Shown: one piece after another, positions 43,948 to 52,095 of the stretch
How the letters are laid out: every line of letters starts with the position of its first letter
Numbering within the stretch: position 1 is the first letter of the stretch
Source of the DNA: Planctomycetota bacterium
GTDB taxonomy: Bacteria; Planctomycetota; PLA2; JAEUHO01
Length of the DNA stretch: 64,000 nt
Direction: 5' to 3'
Assembly (NCBI GenBank): GCA_965223505.1
Contig: CBDCWP010000002.1
Span: 1-64,000 of the forward strand
Made by a program: the position numbers and the translations under genes
The notes under the pieces: generated by a model
Database searches by the model: none
What the model was told of the DNA's origin: nothing
Seen by the model: the letters and a program-made list of their open reading frames with translations, nothing else

Positions 43948-44865
43948 ATGGCGCACGATTCCGCCCTCACCGGCCTGCGCATGGCGCAGGTCAAGCTGAT
44001 CGCCCTGTATTCGATGCGGTTCGCGATCCGCACCGGGGGCGGAATCGTCTCGCTGCTCGTCGTCGGGCTCGCGGCGCTCATCGTCGCCTCGATCTTCATT
44101 CAGCCCGTCGAGGATCTGATGCGCACCTCGCCGGAGATGGGGCACACCGAGCGCTCGACCGCAGAGTTCGTCGCGGAGATCGCAGAGTCCGACGCGTTCG
44201 TCGACGGCGTCGAGTGGTTCACGGATGCCGGCGAAGAAGAGTCCGTCTACCTCTTGCGCGAGCAGCCGGCGCTGCTGAGCCTGATCTTCCTCGTCCTGCT
44301 GATGTTGTTCCCCACGCTGACGTGCTTCAGCTCGTTCAACCAGACCTCGGGCGACATCGGCAGCCGAGGCTTGCGCTACCTGCTCATTCGCACGGAGCGT
44401 CCCAACATCTTCTTCGGCCGGTTCCTCGGCACCTTCTTCTTCTCGACGATCTCCATCATGGGCGTGGTGCTGCTGATCTCGCTCTACGTCGGCTTCAAGC
44501 TGCAGGTCTATCCCGCCCTCGAGATCATCTCCTGGACGCTGCAAGGCGGACTTGCCCTCCTCGTCATCAGCCTGCCGTACATCGCGCTCTGCGCCTGGTT
44601 CTCCTGCTTGATCGACGCCCCGTTCGGCGCGCTCGCCATCTGTCTGCTGATGGTGCTCTTCCCGGTCGGCATCCTGAAGATGACGAACAACATGGTCCTG
44701 AAGGGCAAGCACGACTGGCTGGAGCTGCTCACGCCGTGGGGCTGGAAGTACGACCTGTTGTCCAGTGACATCGTCACGCGGCTCATTGCCTGCGGCGTGA
44801 TGCTCGGATTCACCGCTGTCTTCCTGGCGCTCGGCATGCGCGCCTTTGCGAAGCGGGACCTATAG
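43948..44865 (+). CDS. ABC-2 type transporter permease
   Basis: Six TM helices, GDIGSRGLRYLLIR..R..IFFGRF, and C-terminal FAKRDL. Confidence 0.82.
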   Translation: MAHDSALTGLRMAQVKLIALYSMRFAIRTGGGIVSLLVVGLAALIVASIFIQPVEDLMRTSPEMGHTERSTAEFVAEIAESDAFVDGVEWFTDAGEEESVYLLREQPALLSLIFLVLLMLFPTLTCFSSFNQTSGDIGSRGLRYLLIRTERPNIFFGRFLGTFFFSTISIMGVVLLISLYVGFKLQVYPALEIISWTLQGGLALLVISLPYIALCAWFSCLIDAPFGALAICLLMVLFPVGILKMTNNMVLKGKHDWLELLTPWGWKYDLLSSDIVTRLIACGVMLGFTAVFLALGMRAFAKRDL

Positions 44866-45819
44866 ATGACGGCCGTACAAGTTCGCAGTCTGACGAAGAA
44901 CTTCGCGCGCCTTCGCGCGCTCGACGACGTTTCGTTCGAAATTCCGACCGGGAGCTTGTTTGGCCTGCTGGGCCCGAACGGGGCCGGCAAGACGACGCTC
45001 TTTTCGATCGCGGCCGGGTTCCTGAAGCCCTCGGCAGGCTCGATCGAAGTGCTCGGCATCGACGTTGCGCAAATCAGCCTCTTGCGCGGACGCTTCTCGA
45101 TGCTCCCGCAGGACGCAGCCTTCCAAGGCGGGATCCCGGTCATCGAGCAGCTCGTCATGTTCGGCCGCCTCAACGGCTTCGACAAGGACGAGTCCCGCAA
45201 GCGCGCGCACGACGCGCTCGAGCTGGTCGGATTGGGGGAGGTCGCACGGAAGAGCGCCCGGGCGCTGAGCCACGGCATGATGAAGCGTGTCGCGCTCTGC
45301 CAGGCCTTTCTCGGCGATCCGGAGGTGATCTTCCTCGACGAGCCCACGTCCGGCCTGGATCCGGACAACGCCCGCAAGATGCGCGACATCATTCGGAGCA
45401 TGCACGGGAACAAGACCGTCGTCGTGAGCAGCCACAACCTCCAGGAGATCCAGGACATCTGCGACCACGCCGCCATCCTGCACGAGGGTGTGCTCGAAGC
45501 GTGCGAGTCGATGGCGAATCTCACATCGTCCAACTACCTGCTGCGCGTCACGACCGCCGAGGGCCTGACGGCGGAAGCCCAGGCGGCTCTCAGCGCGCTG
45601 GACGTCGTGCGGACGGTCGAGAAGACCCGCGACAACGAGTTCAACATCGAGCTGAACGTCGCGTCGGGCGCCGAGAAGGACCTCGCGCTCAAGCGCATCA
45701 ACAAGATGCTCGTCGGCGATCTGGACCTGACGGTGCGCAGCATTCGTGAGGGCGCCAGCCTCGAGGCCCGCTTCCTGGACCTGACCGGGGGGACCTACGA
45801 CGGCGCGTCGAGCACCTAG
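44866..45819 (+). CDS. ABC-2 type transporter ATP-binding protein
   Basis: GPNGAGKTT, LSHGM, FLDEPTSGLDP and SSH motifs. Confidence 0.92.
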   Translation: MTAVQVRSLTKNFARLRALDDVSFEIPTGSLFGLLGPNGAGKTTLFSIAAGFLKPSAGSIEVLGIDVAQISLLRGRFSMLPQDAAFQGGIPVIEQLVMFGRLNGFDKDESRKRAHDALELVGLGEVARKSARALSHGMMKRVALCQAFLGDPEVIFLDEPTSGLDPDNARKMRDIIRSMHGNKTVVVSSHNLQEIQDICDHAAILHEGVLEACESMANLTSSNYLLRVTTAEGLTAEAQAALSALDVVRTVEKTRDNEFNIELNVASGAEKDLALKRINKMLVGDLDLTVRSIREGASLEARFLDLTGGTYDGASST

Positions 45820-45853
45820 CCGCCGGCACAGCGCGCGCGTGTAGTCTGCCCCG

Positions 45854-47281
45854 GTGCCCGGCTCCCTCGACGAGATCCTGAAGAAACGCTTTGGTTTCGA
45901 GGCCCTGCGTCCGCTGCAGCAGCGCATCGTCGATCGCGTCATGGCCGGCGGGTGCGGGCTCGTGGTCATGCCCACGGGCTCCGGGAAGAGCCTCACGTTT
46001 CAGCTCCCTGCGCTGGCGCTCCCGCAACGGGGGATCACGCTCGTCTTCAGCCCCCTGATCGCGCTGATGGAGGATCAGGTCGCCGCGTTGAAGAAGAAGG
46101 GGATTCGCGCGGAGTACATCAACAGCACGCTGCGCCGCAGGGAGCGCGAGCGGCGCTACCGCAAGGTCGGCGACGGCGACTACGAGCTCGTCTACGCCAC
46201 GCCGGAGCGCATGCAGAAGCCCGAGTTCGTCGAGGCGCTCGAGCGCGTGCCGGGCGGCGTGAAGCTGCTGGCGGTGGACGAGGCGCACTGCATCACCAAG
46301 TGGGGCCACGATCTGCGGCCCGCGTACCAGGAGGTCGGCAACTTCCGCCGCGTGCTCGGCGACCCCGTGACGCTCGCGCTCACGGCGACCGCGACGCAGG
46401 AGGTTCGGGCGGACATCCGCAAGACCCTGCGCCTCGACGCGGCGTCGATGCCGCTCTTCGCGTCCCCCATCGACCGGCCGAACTTGTCGCTCGAGATCGA
46501 GTCCGTCTGGGACGACGACGACAAGATTCGGCGTATCCGCCAGGTCGCGCTCGGACTCGAGGGCACGGGCATCGTGTACTTCGCACTGATCAAGGACCTC
46601 GACCGCATGGCCGACCGGCTGCGGCGCGAGCTCCCCGAGCGCAACGTCGTCATCTATCACGGCAAGCTCACGCCCGAGGAGAAGAAGCGCATCTACGACC
46701 GCTTCATCGACGCGACGCCTGACGACCGCCTTCTCCTGCTCGCGACGAACGCGTTCGGCATGGGCGTCGACAAGGCAGACATCCGCTTCATCATCCATGC
46801 GCAGGTGCCCGGCAGCGTCGAGGCGTACTACCAGGAGATCGGACGCGCCGGGCGCGACGGCCTGCCGTCACGCTGCGTGCTGCTCTATGCCGAGGACGAT
46901 CTCGCGATCCAGCGGGACTTCACCGACTGGATGAGCCCGCCGGCCGAGCTCCTTCGACGCGCGGCAGCGGCCATCCAGGCGATGCCGCACGCCGACTTCG
47001 ACATCGACGAGCTGATCGTGGAGGTGATCGGCAAGAAGCGCAGCGATCGGCGGCTGGAGTACTGCCTGATCGAGCTCGATCACCTCGGCGTCGTGGAGCC
47101 GACGCATGTAGAAGGCCGCTATCGGTTCGTGCGCCCGCTGCGTGAGGACGAGGTCGACGAGCACGCGATGGAAGCCAAGCGCCGGCGCGACCTCGAGCGG
47201 TTGCTCGAGGTCGTGAAGCTCACGCGCGCCGACGACCCGCGGCAGTTCGTGCTGGACTACTTTCATCTGGACGCGGATTGA
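45854..47281 (+). CDS. recQ: RecQ family ATP-dependent DNA helicase (short form, no recognisable HRDC)
   Basis: MPTGSGKS, SPLIALMEDQV, VDEAHC, ALTATA, ATNAFGMGVDK and YYQEIGRAGRDG motifs. Confidence 0.92.
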   Translation: MPGSLDEILKKRFGFEALRPLQQRIVDRVMAGGCGLVVMPTGSGKSLTFQLPALALPQRGITLVFSPLIALMEDQVAALKKKGIRAEYINSTLRRRERERRYRKVGDGDYELVYATPERMQKPEFVEALERVPGGVKLLAVDEAHCITKWGHDLRPAYQEVGNFRRVLGDPVTLALTATATQEVRADIRKTLRLDAASMPLFASPIDRPNLSLEIESVWDDDDKIRRIRQVALGLEGTGIVYFALIKDLDRMADRLRRELPERNVVIYHGKLTPEEKKRIYDRFIDATPDDRLLLLATNAFGMGVDKADIRFIIHAQVPGSVEAYYQEIGRAGRDGLPSRCVLLYAEDDLAIQRDFTDWMSPPAELLRRAAAAIQAMPHADFDIDELIVEVIGKKRSDRRLEYCLIELDHLGVVEPTHVEGRYRFVRPLREDEVDEHAMEAKRRRDLERLLEVVKLTRADDPRQFVLDYFHLDAD

Positions 47282-47388
47282 AAGCGTCGCCTACTTGCGC
47301 GCGACGACCCTCTCGCTACGTCGGTCTCGTCGCGCTCGCTACGGGTTCTTTTGCAACGGAGTCCGACGACGAGTGAGAGACTGCACCG

Positions 47389-48135
47389 GTGACCGCACCG
47401 CCCTTCCTGGCCGACGTCGCTCACCGTCCGTGGCCGCTGCCGGACGGCGCCTGGGTCATGGCGCAGACGTGGCACGACGTGCTTTTCATGCACTGGAAGA
47501 TCGATCCTGCGCAGGTGCGTCCGCACATTCCGCCGCCGCTCGAACTGCACCTGCATGACGGCGACTGCTGGATCGGCGTCGTCCCGTTCCGCATGAGCGG
47601 CGTGCGGCTGCGCGGCACACCGGCCGTGCCGTGGTTCTCGAAGTTTCCCGAGCTGAACGTGCGTGTGTACGTCATCGCCGGCGACAGGCCGGGGGTGTGG
47701 TTCTTGAGCCTCGATGCGGCCAACCCGCTGGCCGTACAGATCGCGCGGCGTTGGTTCCACCTCCCCTACCAGCGCGCGGAGATGTCGTGCGAGCGCCGCG
47801 GCGACGGGTTCGTCTACCGCTCGAAGCGCCTGGGCGGCGCGCCGCCGGCGGTCTTTCGCGGCCGGTATGCGCCGACGGGGCCGGTCTCGCTTGCGGCGCC
47901 GGGCACGCTGGATCACTGGCTCACCGAACGCTATTGCTTGTATGCCGCCGACGCGGAAGGCGACGTGTACCGCGGCGAGATCCATCACATGGCGTGGCCG
48001 TTGCAACCGGTCCGGGCCGAGATCGAGAAGAACACGATGACGGTGGGACACGGCATCGCTCTTCCGGACGAGGCGCCGTTGTTGCATTTCGCGTCGTCGA
48101 TCGACGTGGTCGCGTGGGCGCCGGTTGCGGTGTAG
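47389..48135 (+). CDS. YqjF / DUF2071 family protein
   Basis: QTWHDVLFMHW, FPELNVRVYV, PGVWFLSLDA and HWLTERY motifs. Confidence 0.9.
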   Translation: MTAPPFLADVAHRPWPLPDGAWVMAQTWHDVLFMHWKIDPAQVRPHIPPPLELHLHDGDCWIGVVPFRMSGVRLRGTPAVPWFSKFPELNVRVYVIAGDRPGVWFLSLDAANPLAVQIARRWFHLPYQRAEMSCERRGDGFVYRSKRLGGAPPAVFRGRYAPTGPVSLAAPGTLDHWLTERYCLYAADAEGDVYRGEIHHMAWPLQPVRAEIEKNTMTVGHGIALPDEAPLLHFASSIDVVAWAPVAV

Positions 48136-48218
48136 GGGCGAGCCTCGTGGTCGCCCATACGTTCGTCGATCAGGTGCCGACGCATGACCGGTTGGGCAGC
48201 CACGAGGGCTGCCCCTAC
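48132..48218. repeat. GTAG-type REP doublet (REPIN-like), copy B
   Basis: gtaggggcgagcctcgtggtcgccc...gggcagccacgagggctgcccctac fills the entire gap between two convergent genes. Confidence 0.88.
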
Positions 48219-49127
48219 CTACAGTTGCCGCGTGGTCGCGAAGTGGACCTTGGCGACGTCCGCGAGACGGTCGCGGCCGAACGTGCGCACGAACGCCGCG
48301 CCCGCCTGCAAGACCGGCTTGCCCGCGCCGGGGGGAAACATCTGGCCGAACTCGTGCCCGAGCTCGCGCAACCCTTCGACGAACGCCGCACGCGCGAGGA
48401 TGCTCGCCGCCGCGACGGCCGGGTCCGCCTCGCCCTTGGTACGCGTCACCAACCGATGCCGCGTCGGGAGAGCGAGCTCGCTTCGAAGCATCGTCGTGTC
48501 CTTCGCGAACTGGTCGATGACGACCACGGCGACGTCCGCCGCGCCTTCGGCGCGCAACGCTCGAACGCACTCGCCGTGCATCTCCGCCAGGAGGATGTTC
48601 AAGTTCCCGCGCTCGGCGTACCGAGCGTTGTAGTCCCGGGGCATCAGCACGCGCACCGCCCCACGCTCCATCGTCTCGAGCTCGTTCGCAATACGCTCGA
48701 TGCGCCTGTCGGTTAGCCCCTTGCTGTCCCCGACGCCCAGCGAGCGCAGCGTATCGGCATCGTCGCGCTCCATGTGGAACGCGGCGACCGTCAAGGGTCC
48801 GAAGTAGTCCCCCTTGCCGGACTCGTCACCGCCGATGCGCGGCCAGCCCAGCTCGAACGGGTCGTCGCTTCCCGGCCGTCGCGCCTCTCGCTTGGGCGCC
48901 TCGCCGCCGAGGATGCGCGCGACCTCGTCGGCCCGCTTCCCCCCGGGCACGAACTTGAAGCCCTTCTTGCCGTGATAGCAGTTCAGATTGGCTTCTGCCC
49001 CGCCGCCGGTGGACAGCGAGAACATGCGTCCGTAGGGAATCGCACGCTCCGCGACCACGCTCCAGCCGGCGTCCCTGAGCTTGCTGGTGAGGGCGCGGCA
49101 GCGCGCCTGGAAGTCGTCCAAAGGCAC
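48219..49127 (-). CDS. rnhC: Ribonuclease HIII
   Basis: IGGDESGKGDYFGPL, GVGDSK, VIDQF, KGE..AVAAASILAR and AKVHFAT motifs, plus an N-terminal accessory domain. Start uncertain (49127 or 49172). Confidence 0.88.
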   Translation of the reverse strand: MPLDDFQARCRALTSKLRDAGWSVVAERAIPYGRMFSLSTGGGAEANLNCYHGKKGFKFVPGGKRADEVARILGGEAPKREARRPGSDDPFELGWPRIGGDESGKGDYFGPLTVAAFHMERDDADTLRSLGVGDSKGLTDRRIERIANELETMERGAVRVLMPRDYNARYAERGNLNILLAEMHGECVRALRAEGAADVAVVVIDQFAKDTTMLRSELALPTRHRLVTRTKGEADPAVAAASILARAAFVEGLRELGHEFGQMFPPGAGKPVLQAGAAFVRTFGRDRLADVAKVHFATTRQL

Positions 49128-49263
49128 CTCGCAGGTCGATCCGGTCGTTTGTGAAAGCGTATCCCGGGGCATTCGACCGGAACGTCGAATCACGACCGAG
49201 AAAGACACGGAGACGTCTCCCGCCCATAGAGCGGTGAGATATCCCTCGACCCAGAACGGCACC

Positions 49264-50127
49264 TTGAACGAACCCAACGGCCGGATCGGCCCGGGCGGAC
49301 GGTTCGGACATCTGCACATTCGGCGCGAGCTGGGGCGCGGCTCGTTTTCGACCGTCTATCTGGCGCAGGACACCTTTCTCGGCCGCGCCGTCGCACTGAA
49401 GGTGCTCGGTGTTTCCGCGGCCCCCGAAGCGCGGGACGAGAAGCCGCGCCTGCTGCGAGAGATTCGGCTGGTCGGACGTCTCGCCAGCCCCCACATCGTG
49501 CATCTCTACTCCGTCCACGATCTCGGGGGCGCCGGCGCGGCGCTCGAGATGGAGTACCTCGACGGCGGCACACTGGCCGACATCGCGCGGAATCGCCGTC
49601 TACCACTGCCTTTGGCGATGCGCATCGTGCGCGGCATCGTCTCCGCGCTCGACGTCGCCCACCGACGCAACGTGATCCACCGTGACGTGAAGCCCGGCAA
49701 CGTGCTGCTCGGCTGCGACGGCTCGGTCAAGCTCGGTGACTTCGGGCTCGGGCGCCAGGTCGGCGAAGCCGGCCTCAGCGGCAGCGACGACGGTTGCATC
49801 CTGGGCACGCCGCTCTACATGTCACCCGAAGTCGTGATGGCCGAGCCGGCGACCTTCGCCTCCGACCTGTGGAGCGCGGGCGTGCTCCTCTACCGGCTGC
49901 TCATGGGGCACATTCCCTTCGACGCGTCCAGCCACTCGAGTCTCTTCGACGCCATCCGCAACGACGATCCGCGCCCCCTGGATCCGGCGCTGCCCGCCGC
50001 GCTCCACCGGCTCGTCGGACGGTGCCTCGAAAAGGACCCGGAGCGGCGCCCCGGATCGGCGCGCGAGATGCTCGACGTCATCGATTGCATTCAACGGGAC
50101 GACACCGGATCCGCCGTCGCCGTTTAG
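49264..50127 (+). CDS. Stand-alone Hanks-type Ser/Thr protein kinase
   Basis: LGRGSFSTVY, VALK, HRDVKPGN, DFG, GTPLYMSPE and DLWSAG motifs. No TM or sensor domain. Start uncertain. Confidence 0.9.
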   Translation: MNEPNGRIGPGGRFGHLHIRRELGRGSFSTVYLAQDTFLGRAVALKVLGVSAAPEARDEKPRLLREIRLVGRLASPHIVHLYSVHDLGGAGAALEMEYLDGGTLADIARNRRLPLPLAMRIVRGIVSALDVAHRRNVIHRDVKPGNVLLGCDGSVKLGDFGLGRQVGEAGLSGSDDGCILGTPLYMSPEVVMAEPATFASDLWSAGVLLYRLLMGHIPFDASSHSSLFDAIRNDDPRPLDPALPAALHRLVGRCLEKDPERRPGSAREMLDVIDCIQRDDTGSAVAV

Positions 50128-50136
50128 TCTGCGGCG

Positions 50137-52095
50137 ATGCCGCTGATTCTCGCCGCCCATCTCCAGATGCACTACGGCGGGCCGCTGCTGCTCGACGACG
50201 TGACCGTGAAGATCGAGCCGGGCGACCGCGTGGGCGTGATCGGACAGAACGGCTGCGGAAAGTCCACGCTCCTGAACATCCTCGCGGGCGCCGTGGAGCC
50301 GTCCGCGGGGCGCGTCGCTCGCCAGCGCGGCACCAGCGTCGCCGTCCAAGAGCAAGAGCTCACCTATCGAAGGGGCGCCACCCTGTACGAGGAGATGCAG
50401 TCGGTCTTCGGCACCGAGGCCGAGACCGAGGCGTCGCTGCGCGAGCTGGAAGCGCGCATCGCCGACGCCGCCGAGGAACGCGCTCGCGCGCGGCTCCTTC
50501 GCGAGTACGAGCGGCTGCAGCACCTTCAGGAACGCCAAGGTGTCTACGACGTCGACCGGCGCATCGAGAGCATGCTGCAGAGCCTGGGATTCGCGCAGGA
50601 CGTGTGGCATCAACCCGTCGAGAAGTTCTCCGGGGGCGAGCAGAACGTCATCGGTTTGGCGCGCGTCCTGCTCGCCGAGCCGGACGTGATGCTGCTCGAC
50701 GAACCGTCGAACCACCTCGACATGGAAGGCGTCGAGTGGTTCATCGACTTCGTACGACGTTCCAAGGCCGCCGTCGTCATGGTCAGCCACAACCGCCACC
50801 TGCTCGACGCGACCGCGAAAGAGATCTGGGAGATGCGGCGCGCGAACGTCACGAGCTGGGCCGGGAACTACTCCGACTTCCAACGTCAGAAGGCGGAGGC
50901 GCTCGCGCTGCAGGAACGGCAGTACAAGTCGCAGCAGCGCCTGATCAAGCGCATCGAGTTCCAGGCGCGGCGGCTGCGCGACATGGCGAACGCCTACGAC
51001 GATCCGGGTCAGGCCCGGCGCGCGAAGGCGATGCTCAGGCGCATCGAGCGCATGGACGTGGTCGAGCGGCCCGACACGGCCGAACGCCGCTTCCACGCCT
51101 CGATGTCGGGCGCCAAGCGGCACGGCCGCATCGCGCTGACGGTGCGCGACTTCGACTTCGCGTACGGCGACCGGACCTTGTTCGACAAGGCCCGGCTCGA
51201 GATCGAATTCGGAGATCGCGTCTGTCTGGTCGGACCCAACGGCAGCGGCAAGACGACGTTGTTCCGCGAGATCCTCACCCGTGGCAGCTGGGAGAGTCCG
51301 ACCCTGCGCCTGGGCAAGTCGGTCCACGTCGGTGAGTACCGCCAGTTTCACGACGTCCTCGATCACGACGCGAAGCTCGAGGACTGGATGCAGCACGTCA
51401 CGGGCCTCGATCGGCCCAAGTCCCACGACCTGCTCTATCGCTTCCTCTTCACCCGGGACGACCTCGAACGCAGGATCAGCACGTTGTCGGGAGGCGAGAA
51501 GAGCCGGCTGCAGCTCGCGCGGCTGGTCCACGAGAACGTCAACTTCCTGCTGCTCGACGAGCCGACGAACCACCTCGACATTCAGGCGTGCGAGCAGCTC
51601 GAGGAGATGCTGCAGGACTTCGACGGGACGCTGCTGCTGATCAGCCACGACCGGTACTTCCTCGACAAGCTCGTGGACCGGGTCGTCGAGGTCGAGGACC
51701 GCAAGCTGGTCTCGCACCCGATGACCTTCGCCGAGTGGTGGATGGCGAAGCGGGCGGCGCGCACGCGCAAGCGCAAAGGCGCCTTGCGGGATCGGACGCA
51801 GGAAACCGACGGGAAGGACGACGCCCGCAAGGCGTTCGCCGAGCGCAAGGAGCAGCGCCGCGCGCTGAACCGCCTCAAGGGCCGCTATCGCGACCTCGAG
51901 GAACGCATCGCCCGGCTGGAGGCGCGGCAAGGCGAGCTGGAGAGGCGGGTCGAGGAGGCGTTCGCGCCCGGCGGCGACGCGCAGGAAGGCGAACGCCTCG
52001 TTCGGGACATCGCGTCGGTGCGCGACGAGATCGCACGGCTGTACGGCGAGTGGGAAGACGTCGGCGCCGAGCTGGAGGCGATGCCCGACGCCTAG
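50137..52095 (+). CDS. ABC-F family ATPase (Uup/EttA-like) with C-terminal coiled coil
   Basis: Two NBDs (GQNGCGKST/FSGGE/LLDEPSNHLD and GPNGSGKTT/LSGGE/LLDEPTNHLD). No TM helices. Confidence 0.93.
   Translation: MPLILAAHLQMHYGGPLLLDDVTVKIEPGDRVGVIGQNGCGKSTLLNILAGAVEPSAGRVARQRGTSVAVQEQELTYRRGATLYEEMQSVFGTEAETEASLRELEARIADAAEERARARLLREYERLQHLQERQGVYDVDRRIESMLQSLGFAQDVWHQPVEKFSGGEQNVIGLARVLLAEPDVMLLDEPSNHLDMEGVEWFIDFVRRSKAAVVMVSHNRHLLDATAKEIWEMRRANVTSWAGNYSDFQRQKAEALALQERQYKSQQRLIKRIEFQARRLRDMANAYDDPGQARRAKAMLRRIERMDVVERPDTAERRFHASMSGAKRHGRIALTVRDFDFAYGDRTLFDKARLEIEFGDRVCLVGPNGSGKTTLFREILTRGSWESPTLRLGKSVHVGEYRQFHDVLDHDAKLEDWMQHVTGLDRPKSHDLLYRFLFTRDDLERRISTLSGGEKSRLQLARLVHENVNFLLLDEPTNHLDIQACEQLEEMLQDFDGTLLLISHDRYFLDKLVDRVVEVEDRKLVSHPMTFAEWWMAKRAARTRKRKGALRDRTQETDGKDDARKAFAERKEQRRALNRLKGRYRDLEERIARLEARQGELERRVEEAFAPGGDAQEGERLVRDIASVRDEIARLYGEWEDVGAELEAMPDA

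Noticed and set aside
45854..52095. RecQ + kinase + RNase H + ATPase as an anti-phage defence island
   Set aside because: All resemble ordinary housekeeping families in mixed orientation, with no mobile-element context or defence-specific domains.
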